A stretch of 64,000 nt of DNA. Origin: Leptogorgia sarmentosa. Taxonomy: Eukaryota. This document shows, piece by piece, positions 40,316 to 52,697 of this stretch (positions are counted from its first letter, which is position 1; each line of letters starts with the position of its first letter). A model generated the notes under the pieces. It searched no databases. It had not been told where the DNA came from and saw only the letters and a list, made by a program, of their open reading frames with translations. The stretch covers positions 124,001 to 188,000 of the forward strand of contig OZ210886.1 in the NCBI GenBank assembly GCA_964658305.1, in the 5' to 3' direction. The translations under genes were made by a program, and so were the position numbers.

Positions 40316-43300
40316 ATGACAAAGAAGGCTACAGTGAGATCAAATTCAGTAAGCCCAGACGACGCGACAATAAACGACATGGATGATTGCAAGAAGCGCT
40401 CGTGTTGGGAGGCAGATGAGCTCAGAAATCCAGAATATAACGATCCACATGAAACAGACACGAAACGAAGCAACGAAAGCGAAGGAGAAGGATCCCACAG
40501 TCGTTTAGTAAAAGATTCTGATAAAAATCGCTCGGAACTCAAACTTCGATCTGTAGAACTTGGTGTTTCTGAATTGGAGAAACCTAGTGCTTTGCATGCT
40601 GAAAATGGATCGAAATGCGACAGTAGTTCATTGCAACATCAATGTGAATACGACTGCTGTGTGAGACAGTCGAAGAAACACTCTGTTTCCGATATCATCA
40701 ACAAAATATTCAAATCAAAGCGCTTCGAATCTGACAAGTTGGAACGATTATACCAGAGATACTTTTTTCGTTTGAATCAGAAATTCATAAACTGGATTAT
40801 ATTTCTGATATTTTTGCTACTAACTGTTTTAGTTGGCCTACATTTTGGTAAAGAGAGCAAGGAACATACGGATCCATACTGGCTGAAAGGTCTATTTCTC
40901 CCGCTCATATTTATTCTATATCTTGTGATTCTAATTGTTATAAATCGTTCTAATTCGACCCAGAAACATTTGAGACTTTCTTCCTATGCTATGGTGTTTC
41001 TCTCGTGTTGTTTTGTGACTATCGATTTTCTCCTTCGACCTGTCAGTTCGGCAGCAGATGGAGTATGGCTAAGCGTATTCTTTATTTATTTGACCTATAC
41101 GTTACTCCCAGTAAGGATGAGACTAGCTGTCTTTGGCGGTTGTGGAATTGCTACTACCCATTTGCTGTGTTGTGCAAGAGATATAGTACATGATGATAAT
41201 TTACATCGCTTGGTAAGTGTCAGTCAAGAAAAAAACATGTAAAATAGACAGTTAGATCAGGTAGGAGATTGCTGATTGCTGCTACCAAAATTGCTTTAAA
41301 TATCTGTATTTATTATAATCGCGATTGATGCCTCAATAATAGTACAGCGAGTCAGCGACATGGCCGACCTTGCTGTGGGAATATGAACAGCACGAAACTG
41401 CCTTCAAGTTTGCTTTTATTACTCTATCTACGTCTTGCTGACAGTGTTTTCATTAAGCAATTTTAATAAGCCATGCAACCGGCTTGTTTACATGGAAACG
41501 AAGCGTTTAGGTTTTTAATTTACAAAATCTTTTATATATACCGGTCCAGTATATGAATTAATTTCACCAATTTTTCATGCTTCGTAGATTTTTCGAGTAC
41601 ATATATTTTTCGAAACACTCTCGGTTACATTACATTTCCTAGCTGACATGATAAAAGTCATCTGGTATCAAAATTATCCTAAAGTCAATATCGGCTCAAC
41701 GGGCCACTCGTCAACAAGCTGATGTCAGGCCACATTTTTGTATATACACGATATATTTTATATTTGTTTTGCTTTCTCAGTTATACAAAGCCGCTTAGTT
41801 CAATCATTTTGAATGCTAGCAGAGCAAAAATCGTTTGAGCGTGTACTCACAAGCGTCTGTTTGACAACATAAATGTTTTTTTCAAATGTCATAAAAATTC
41901 ATTTTGAAAAACCTCGAAATTATAGTGAAGCTAATTAAGTACCTTGCAAGTAAAGTATAAATTTTGCAGTATAAATACCCCAAATTATTAATATTTTTAA
42001 GATTTATGTCTGTTAATGTTTAAACTGACGGTCATAAAATACGATTCTTCAGTACATTCAAAAGAATTGTGTTGTGAGATTAAGTTTTATGTGGAAAAAG
42101 CTAGTTGCATACAGCAAGTGAACTAATTGGGTTGGTTGTTATGCTAATTAAAAATTTTTCCTAAGCCAGCCACAAAATTAAAAGATTACAGAACACGTTG
42201 GAAATAATTTGCATCCAGTATTCTGATTGAGCTAAATATAAACGCTGCATGTTATTTAATTAAGGATGGCAAACATCGACTCATATGAGCCCTATGAAGA
42301 TAGCTAAATTCATTTAGTTCTTATTTCTGGTGGTTTCACTTGATGAAATAATTTCCTGTGGTTCATTATCGTGTAATGTAGATATCTCGACTGATGTAGT
42401 GTAGATATCTCAAAGCTGTTTCCTGAAATTGTACTGTTATTTGACTTGGACATTTTGGTACTGCCATTAATTTTGTATTGTGTAATGTCTGTTTTATCAA
42501 AATATTTCCTGCCAACTTCATTTAACTACCATTTCCCAAAAGGTTCCATTTAACATAAAAACAACAGCCATTAGGCTATTCAAAACCACAATGTAAAAAA
42601 AGGAATTTGGGTTTTTTACAACTCTCAGAGACATAGGATCTAAAGTCACTCAGTATTATGTGTTAGCATTAAAAATTTAATCTTTTTTCTGCCAAATATT
42701 GGTTGTTCAAATTTTGGAATTAGAATTTTGATATTCTTGTCTGTAATTATGTTTGCAAAAATGTTTGCAGTACAGTATTATTTTATTTTCAAATATAGAA
42801 TGGCCAAAAAACATATTAATTACAATCTAACCCAGACCCATCAGCCTCAACTTCAATAGATATGAAAACAGAAAGACTGAGATCATTCAAACTTTGCTGC
42901 TTGTTTGTGGGGGGAGAGATTGAGAAATATAAAAGTCACATAATTTCACCTAAGTACATAGTTCATAATCTTCCATGTTTACTATAGATGACACAAGTTC
43001 AGATCATGATTGATATTTCTTGTTGTCATGCAAATTTTGGAATCTAATAACTGTTTTCACATCCATAACTGTTCTAATTATTATTATTTACCATTAAAAT
43101 TTATTTGAATAGATAAAAAGATGAAAAAAAATTATCAACGTAACCAGTTACCTTCCAGAAATAACATAGGTGAAACTATGATGTAGAATACTATTTAGAA
43201 TTCATCAGGTTATCAATGCAAACAGGTTATCAGGCTGACTCGTTTAATTGGTTATTAATGTAGAAATTTTACCAACATTAAAACAAGATACCTATTACAA

Positions 43301-46300
43301 CATTAATTTATTGTGGATAAATAACAGATATACAAATGATTAATTACCAATAAAAAAGCCTGAAAAAAGGGGTGGAAAAGAATCCGAATGCCATTTCCAA
43401 GACTCAAAATTTTTCTCCATTTGTTCTATATTCAAATGAAAACACATAAAGTCTTTTAAAACTCTGATGCATTGCAGCTATTCAATGACAGAATTTTCGC
43501 TATGTTGCCTAATAAAACCATGAAAACCAGTGCCACTGGCAACAGAAAAAGCTACAATCCAATCCTTCAAAACATCTAATTAGCATATTTTGCGTAGAAA
43601 AATTTCTAATTGCAATTAACTATCTAAGAAATGTTCCATTGTTAGAAAAACAGAATATTTCATGCGTTTTATTTACTAATTTATTATTTAATTTATTTTC
43701 CAATATGCCCATCTGATCCTTTGGTAGTGAGGATTTTAATATTTTGAGTGCAAGCCATTTGTGAGAAAAAACATTGCCCCTTGGTTTAGAAAATTGACAT
43801 TTTCGTAACTTATGCATATTTAGGGGGGGAGGGTTGCAGACATTTGCCCATACAAATGGGTTAAGCCACGGTGTTAAGCCTGCAATTAAAGAACATGGGT
43901 TGCGCAGGATAACCCAATAAATATATACCTTTTTGTTTTTCAGATCCTGGCTAATTTTTTCATCTTTGCTTGTTCCAATGGCGCTGGAATATTCACTCAT
44001 TATTCCACAGAATTGTCACGACGAAAGGCTTTCTTAGAGACGAGAAAGTGTATTGAAAACCGGTTAAAGAGCCAAAAGGCAAACCAGAATCAGGTATCAA
44101 TCAGTGTGGAATAATTTGGGAGGGTTGATGATATATAAACCCTCAACTATTACTATTCTACGAATTGGGTCGCATAGGGTGTGAGGTGGAATACATGGTA
44201 TCACTAATACCACAGATAATCTTTGTATGTATATACGTATCATTTTATACTTGCAATCACGACGTTATTTTAAATTTCAGGAACGCCTGTTGTTGTCAGT
44301 TTTACCACGTCATGTTGCCACAGAAATGAAGGCTGATATCAAGTCAGGAAATCACAGAGGGAGCCAGTTTCATAAGATTTATATTCAAAAACATAATAAT
44401 GTCAGGTATCATATTCAGCTATGCACCATAATCGTTTTCTTTCAAACATTTTGAAGCATAAAAAGACATGTTGCATTTAGTGAGGGATGATGCATGGAAG
44501 ACTTCATATTGAAGACTCGCTTTGAAATATATATGTTTGGGTGTATTTCGACGTGCTAAGAGAAAACATACTCCGAAAATGAACATCTTGTAACTCAAGA
44601 TATGATCATGACGTGGTGAAAAACAAGACACAATATTTAAGGTGATACATATTTCGACTCTTTCAATTTGACAATGGCTTTAAGAGTCGAAATATCACTT
44701 TAAATATTGTGTCTTGTTTTTTAACAGCTCATGATCATATCTTGAGTGTACAAGATGTTCATTTTCGGAGTATGTTTTTCTTCTATTATACATGCACCAT
44801 GCGTTAACTGCCGACGCCGCAACGAAGTTACAAAAGACCATTTTCAATGCGATGTAATTGTATGTAAAACAAATACAGTATATACATTCAAAACGGTTTT
44901 TCATTAAAAATCAAGCACGCTAGATATGCAAGGTTTTGTCAATTATATAGGCATTCATTTTGTGGAACAAACGCTGTAGCAAGAACCCTTGCCAGCAGAC
45001 AATTTTGCGAAAACATAATTGTTACTAACAAATGGTTTCTAAATGTCTGACGGACTGTCTTTTGTTTATTTCTTTCAGCATTTTGTTTGGAGATATTGAG
45101 GGTTTCACTCAGTTGTCATCTCAATGTACGGCTCAAGAATTAATTCAAACCTTGAATGAGCTTTATGCTAGGTTTGATCAACTTGCGTTGGTAGGTAAAA
45201 TAGCTACATCGTTTTCACCATACCTACCCTTGATTACCACCTATTACTATTAAAAATAAGCTGTTTCAATTTGACAACCTATTTCCACCTTACTGTCGTT
45301 GCAGGAAAATCATTGCATGAGAATTAAAATTCTTGGAGATTGTTATTATTGCGTATCTGGATTACCAGATCCACGACCAGATCATGCGCATTGCTGTATT
45401 GAAATGGGTCTGGATATGATTGACGCGATTATGTAAGTATTATTGTATTAGGTCTGAATAACTGAATTTTGGACATGAATTCTGGTTAAACACAAAGAAA
45501 TTTGAGATCACGGAAAGTGTTACCTGCCTCATATGATCATCCATTTTTGGGTGTCTTTTTTAGTGTTGTTCGTGAAGCAAAAGGAGTAAACTTGAACATG
45601 CGTGTAGGTATTCACACGGGCAAAGTCCATTCAGGAGTTCTTGGATCAGTCAAGTGGCAGTATGATGTTTGGTCAAATGACGTCACTGTTGCTAATCATA
45701 TGGAGTGTGGAGGATTAGCTGGGTAAAAACATTCACACCACACTGAACAGATTTTACACCATTACTACCTAAACTAATTACTACCTTTCAGCCGTGTACA
45801 TATAACTCAAGATGTTCTCGATGTTATAAATGGTGACTATGAGGTTGAAGATGGTAATGGCAGTGAGAGAGATATCTACTTAAAAGAACATGATATGAAA
45901 ACTTACCTCATTAGTGAAAAACATTCCAAAGACAGGGTAAGTAATAAAAGTGCTAAAATAATCGGGGATTTTAAAGTTGCTTTCAGGCTTTGTAAAATTC
46001 ATGGAATTAATGAAATTTGCATATTGTCAAATTTGCACAACCACGACAATGACCCTCAGAACAATGAGCCGTGATGTCAACGAATTATCATATTGTCTGT
46101 TCTAGAATGTTTTGAGAAGTCAACAACGCAAACAAACTCCTAACCATGGAATGTTTAAAAAGGTACGCACTCCATGCGATACTGAAATACAATAAAGCAT
46201 TGTATGTTATGTTGCGATGCAGTTGTATATTTTTAGTTTAATGACTTATGAATGTTTTTAAAGGATGAGATTCAAGCTAATCAAGATCAGAAAGCTGAAG

Positions 46301-49300
46301 CAAGGTTGACATTGATTATTTACCACTTTTTGTCTTTGCCATGCACGTTCTGCTTCGTTTTATCTTATTCATAAACACTTACGGTGTGATTTGATCAGTG
46401 GGTGTGACTTTAGGTTTTAAAAAAAAGAATTCAGTAAGTATCTTTTAACCAATCAAAACCGATGAAACCTTTAAATAAATAATAGTATCAAGTAGCAATG
46501 CAAGTATGGCATTTTATCGTTATTTTTTTTATCTTGGCCTACGTTTTATCATGACCATATTATGCATAGCACAACATTTTACGACACATTATCAGTTTGT
46601 TTCAGTCACATACTCACGTTCAGTGGGCTACTTCGGAAGATAGATAATTGGAAGGGGGGGGAGGCATACTCTTATGTTCGTGGCAGCGCTGCCTCATTAA
46701 TTTCTTTTTACATTGATTGCTGGTCTGTGACCACGAATTAATGAATTCCACCCCTCCCTCCCCCCGCCCAATTATCGATTTTCCTACGCCATGCTCACGT
46801 TTTCATTGCGGAACTTGCATCAGGCAAAATTTCAAGGCAACTTTTCTCTCTATTGAGGACAATGTGTGATGCTATTCAATGATTACAGTATTTTATTATG
46901 ATGTTCTTATCTTTTCAGACTTGGCATCAACCAAAGCAGTCCAGAAGATGAAGTGAACGATTTTCTCAGTACTTCAATTGATGCCCGCAGCGTGGACAGG
47001 TATAGTTGTACGCGGTACCGCCTTATGTATTGAGTGTCAACTTATTTGCACTGTATGGATGGATTTAAATATTTTTTAATAAAAGTTTAAAAATGAGTGT
47101 AAAAACTCGATACGTTTTCTAATCAGCCTACCTGTTTTGAACCTATTTAAATGAACATACTGTAAACGGCTTCTCGTTAAAGCTATTATTATATTTGTCG
47201 TTTTATGTGAACTGATTATGTTCCACTGTTCCTTCCAGACTGAGGCGGGAAAATATCCATGCTGGTTTATTGACATTTAAAGCACGAGAGCACGAAGAAC
47301 AAGTAAGTGCATTTATAGTTTTCATCTGTGAAAGACCTGGATCTTGAATTTGTTTTCCAACTAAACTGTGGAAGGAATGGTGCATTATCACTGAAGGTTA
47401 ACTCTAAAATAGACAGTTTTGTTTAGGCAACCCGCGCATGCATTCGTGGACAAAGCGACTGTAATGAAAAATGATACCAATCAACTACTCTATCTTGTTG
47501 ATTATACGTTAATGTGCTTTTGTTTACTCCAATTTTTTTTCAGTATTCGAATGAAAAAGATCGAATGTTCAGATCTAATATCATGTTCACCGTGTTTATC
47601 CTGTTTTGTCTACTCGTCATCCAACTTCTGGTTTTGTCAAGGTAGAATAACATCCAACCAGTATTTTTATCAAGTCATGATTGCTCAAGTTAGCGGGCAA
47701 AACTCGAATCTTTCTTCTAAAAACTTTAAAACGAACGTAGTTTGAATTATAATTTCACAATTATTATGTTTAATTAATTAATTAATGAGTTCAATTCACT
47801 AATCTAGAAAGATTAGTAATCTTTCTACTGATTAAACAATTTTTTCATCTTGGCAGGAATGCCGGGACAGCTATTGTTTACACTTGTGCTTTTGTTATCA
47901 TGGGAGTTATAGTACTCGTCGCGTTAGCTGAGAGACTGCAGGTATAACAAAGTATAAACTGTATTTCTTATGGATGAAAGAAAGTTATGACCCCTATGGA
48001 GCAGATATAAGCATCACAAAATCGGTTTTAAGAAAGACACGTTTAATTATGTGCCTGTGGTAGCACATATTACTGGATTGTATTTCAGGATTCAGAAGAG
48101 TTTCAAAGAAAATCATTTCTTTTTCATAGATTCTACGATGTTTACATGCCATTTCTTTATCAATTGTCGACTCAAGCAGAGCATGTCAATTTATAGCCAG
48201 TATAGTTATTGCAGTTCTTTTATTGGCCATCATTGGTAACTTGGTAAGTTTTGGAATTCTTTTACCATATATTCTTTTTGGGCGTTGACGTCGGTAGTGC
48301 CATTTACCGTGATGTATAGTGAAAAATACAGTACATTTCTTAATAAATGTTTTCCCTCTAGGTCCAATGTGATTCCTCATACACAAGCATACTAAACTGC
48401 AGTGAAAATGCAACGTACGACACAACAGAGCTCAAGTTTGAAGATTGTGAATTTCCTCAAGTATGTTTTTAGCTGTAGTAAATGGACACAAAGTGGATTA
48501 AACCGTTAACTGATTTTGCTCTGCAGCGACAAGATATGACGTCATATGCAAACGAAGAATATGATATTTTCTGAAACTAACGTTTTCACTCTTTCCCTGT
48601 GTTTCTATTTAGTACTTCACCTATTCCGTTATCCTAATAATGCTCGGAGTTGCGGTCTTCATTAATTTGGGAACACTTCATAAATTATGTCTTTTGCTGA
48701 TAACTGGCATTGTTTATTTATCCTTGATGTTGACCAAGTACTCGCCCCTGATGACAAAATATGACGAGATGACGTTTCGTTGCGAGTAAGAAAAAAGACA
48801 ACTATATATAGCTATAACTGTCCTGTTTAATATAAATTTGCGATATTTTATTTTTGTTTGCAGTGAACATCTAGACTTGAAATACACGACGGTGTTGGTT
48901 ATTTTGCTTTTTGTCATAACTCTCTTCCTTCATGGCTACTTGGTAAGACGGGCACAAGTTCTAATTAGAAGTAGATTGTTTTTTGTGCGGCTGACTTCCA
49001 ATTAACTGCTTGTCGTTACAGAACGAGGAAATTTCAAGACTAGACTTTTTGTGGAAGTTCCAGGTATGTTTCTGAAAAACAATCGGTTTTGTGAAATGTT
49101 TGTGTATATTTTACTGCAACAGAATCCTGTTGTCGTTTCAGGCAACAGAGGAGAAGAAAGAGATGGAACAGTTGAGGGATTATAATAAGAAATTATTACA
49201 CAATATTTTACCATCTCATGTGGCTGGCCATTTTCTTGCAACCGAAAAGAAAAATGAGGTAATGAAATCGATTAATGAAATTATATCACTTTCAGTACAG

Positions 49301-50828
49301 GGAATGCTTATGTTACCTAATATACACATGCAAGTCAGGCAATTAGGCATACGAAAGCTAATTATTCTGTCGGGAAAGACACCCCTTATATACCCTGTAT
49401 ATTAAATTGATGACCATTTACACCATTACCTCATGATATTCTATGTTTTCAGGAACTGTACTATCAATCTTGCGACAAAGTAGCTGTGATGTTTTCACAC
49501 ATAGTAAATTTCTCAGATTTCTATAATGAACTCGCTGCTAATGGAGAAGGTCGCGAGTGTCTCAGATTTCTCAATGAAATCATCGTTGACTTTGATGAAG
49601 TAAGGAGGAACCTATCTCTGGCAAATTACTGTGTAGAATGTTATCATTAGTGCGTGTTATTACATACTCTCCAATTTTTGCGTAATACCCGCAATGCATT
49701 ATGGTAAAAAGTACATGCCGTATACATTCGCGTACTTGGTACGCGTGTCTCCAATATTAATTACAGTCTGGTACTATGTTTACAGCTACGTTGCACGTTG
49801 GTACCCTTACTCGATATTCTGCATCATCTGTTCAATTTTACATTTTTACCAACAGTATACATAGTGTTTAAAGGATATAAATCCTGGCTCTCGTGACAAC
49901 AAATGCATTTGTTTATAGCTTCTCGCTGAGCCACAATTTGAATGTATTGAAAAGATCAAGAGTATTGGTGAAACATACATGGCCGCATCTGGAATTAAGC
50001 CCGATACTCAGGTACGTTAAATATGTGTATTGGACTATAGATCCTCAAAAAATATAATTTCCACGACTCTTATTTTTACTATTTTCTGTTTTAGGAGGAA
50101 CTAGCTTCTCTCAGACATGTTTCCGCAATGGCAGACTTTATTATGGGAATGAAACGAAAGCTTCATGATATTAACGTCGAGTCGTTTAATTCATTGATTA
50201 TGAAAGTTGGTAAGTGCTTATGCTGCAAGGTTACTTACAGAGTTTACGAACTGTACTTATTTCTATGGTGGCATTAAAGTAAAAAGAGATGGAAATTCTG
50301 ATCATGCATGCAGCTTGGCCTAAGAGACCACAATATTTTACTGGTTGTTATGATTTTTCCACAGGCTTAAATTTTGGTCCTGTAGTAGCGGGCGTAATTG
50401 GAGCTAAGAAGCCACAATATGATATCTGGGGTGACACTGTTAATGTTGCTAGTCGGATGTACAGCACAGGAAAACCTGGACAAATACAGGTATGTCTGTT
50501 TTTGAAAGTCGTGGCTATAATTTATATCAATGCTATAACAGGATTTCCAGAGCAATAAAAAAGGTGAAACATCTTTGTGTTGTGTTATGCTATGCTGTAT
50601 TGTGTTGTAATAAGCAAGATCGATTTACGGTTTGTTCCCCATTTTAAGGTGATATATTGAAAGAAGTATTTCTATCACACTTTTGCTTGTTTTCAGGTGA
50701 CAGAAAGTGTGTACAATATTTTATCAACACGTGGTTACACATTTGAATGTCGGGGTAAAGTGTCAGTGAAAGGCAAAGGAACAATGATTACCTATTGGCT
50801 AACTGGCAAGGAAGGTGAAAAGTTGTAG
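40316..50828 (+). CDS. ADCY5: Membrane adenylyl cyclase, type 5/6-like, ~24 exons
   Basis: [98 protein letters not shown]...[11 protein letters not shown]2 domain IEKIK...[27 protein letters not shown]; two membrane clusters. ADCY5 versus ADCY6 cannot be resolved (likely co-orthologue). Confidence 0.9.
44558..44784. mobile_element. Near-perfect palindromic MITE in a cyclase intron
   Basis: Arms of ~100 bp (aaaacatactccgaaaatgaacatcttgta...tatttcgactctt and its reverse complement) around a ~20-nt loop. Confidence 0.85.
46621..46793. mobile_element. hAT-type MITE with 8-bp TSD
   Basis: TSD CTCACGTT at 46613-46620 and 46794-46801; CAGTGG...CCATG ends; gataattgg-G-run pairs with C-run-ccaattatc. 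Confidence 0.8.
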
Positions 50829-51059
50829 AATAGACACAAACGGCGATGTGGGAGAAAGTTGTAATATATTTTTAACGAAAAACATTTGACAGAAAATTTC
50901 CATACAAATGCGAGATCATGTTGATAAAGATCATGTTGATGAAGACCATAGATATATTAGGTTTAATGTTTCTATGATGAAGACTTTGAAAATACGAAGA
51001 AAGCAAATATTTAAAACGATTAGAAAAACTAAAATAGAAAGATAAATAGCTTTTTTCTG

Positions 51060-51785
51060 TTAAAGTGCCTATAGGGCCATTTATACGAGGAAGAATAAGC
51101 CGCGGCTTAAATAGGCCGCGGCTAAAATAAGTCGCGAACGTAACCGTTTAAACGCACAATTTCTTCGCGACTAAAATAAGCCGCGGCTAATTTAAGACGA
51201 GGCAGGAACCCTGGGCTAAAATTAGCCGCGGCTTATTTTAGTCGCGAAGAAATTGTGCGTTTATACAGACGTTCGCGACTTATTTTAGCCGCGGCCTATT
51301 TAAGCCGCGGCTTATTCTTCCTCGTATAAATGGCCCTTATGACACCTAAATTTGTCCTATGGTTGTGTTTTATTGCATTGCAAAGATCTCTTTACAATTA
51401 CAATTAACTCCTTTTCAAACTTGTTTGGTATATGCAAATAATACGTGCGGCACTGCACTGCCTAATGAGTTACCAAAGACCATCATTAAGTTCGAAAGTG
51501 GTTCAAATATTCCACAGAAAGTCTAGCAAATCATCATAGCTGAGGCACATATAATGCAGTTTTGGTTATTTTATATTGTCACGCGCTACAAAATAAGCAA
51601 TCTCATAGAAATCATTGTGCAGTGTGACGTCACACGTTGTATTATTGGCATATAAAATGAAGTGAAATATCTCGAAAAGGGTGATAGTTACAAAAATTCT
51701 ACAAAAGAAGTTATATTGTCATTTTAAGAGTTCTTTTCAATGCAAACATAACGTTGGTGAAAATTTCATGTCATAGGCACTTCAA
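51060..51785. mobile_element. TTAA-flanked long-TIR element (Kolobok-like, non-autonomous)
   Basis: After removing the nested insert, the left end TTAAAGTGCCTATGACA pairs with the right end TGTCATAGGCACTTCAA. Imperfect inverted similarity continues for ~85 bp. Confidence 0.7.
51073..51337. mobile_element. PIF/Harbinger-like palindromic MITE, 3-bp TSD (TAT), nested in the outer element's TIR
   Basis: AGGGCCATTTATACGAGG...CCTCGTATAAATGGCCCT with ~120-bp nearly perfect arms; repeated GCCGCGGC palindromes; TAT on both sides. Confidence 0.9.
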
Positions 51786-52697
51786 GTAATTATTTTTGTT
51801 CTTAAAACAAAAGCGACTTAGAGCACGAAAGGACAAGAATTATTGTATTGGTTTTTCATGTATATATTTCGATGTTAAATATTTTGACATCATTATAATT
51901 GCACGTGTGAGTTCACAAATTGACCAAGCCAGTTTTCTTTGTAATTTATTCTATCGGTCGGTTTGCATGTGCAGCCAAAGATCGTGTTGTACCCATGTTG
52001 CAATGCAGCACGAATACTTTTCATTTTATCTCGACAGCTCTCTCTCAAAGTAGAAAACTTGTGTAGGTCATATTCACTTCACGTAATGGGAAAATTTATC
52101 ATGACTGTCTGAGTTGATGTAAATAAAGATGTATTTACGATGCATGTTATTGGTTTTAACAATTGTATATTGAAACTTTTTAGTTTGAAATGTAATTTTT
52201 ATTTTAAGTTATAAGCAGATGGTATAAAAATAAATGAAGAGGTGATGAGAATAAATACTGTAAATAACTAAGATGTATGTGTAATTTTGTTTCATGATGA
52301 CGTCTTGACAACCTTGGTTTCCGATACCAAGATGACGGATTATGAGGATTCACTATGGTTTTCTTTGCGCTCGTGCACACTATACCAGGCGAAACATGGA
52401 GGTTAGCCCCCCCCCCCCCCCCCAATTTTCTGCATATAGTAACGAAAAATAAAATCGTGAATTATTTATCTCTCAAGTCCAGGGTCCATGCCACAATTTC
52501 ATGTAAAACAGTCAGGAGAATTGATATAAATTAAACTATACGTGTACATATGGTGAAATATAGTTTTCAAATTGCAATTTCCCTTAAATACAGATTAAAA
52601 AAACAAAATTGAAACCCCTATTGGGTCCGCTCATTTGACTAGACCTGCAGTAGAATAATCAGAAGAATTCCTGTTATACTAAGCAACGTTTTTCAAG

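Noticed and set aside
43620..44000. 126-aa minus-strand ORF
   Set aside because: Antisense to cyclase exon 2 and adjacent intron; no family motifs.
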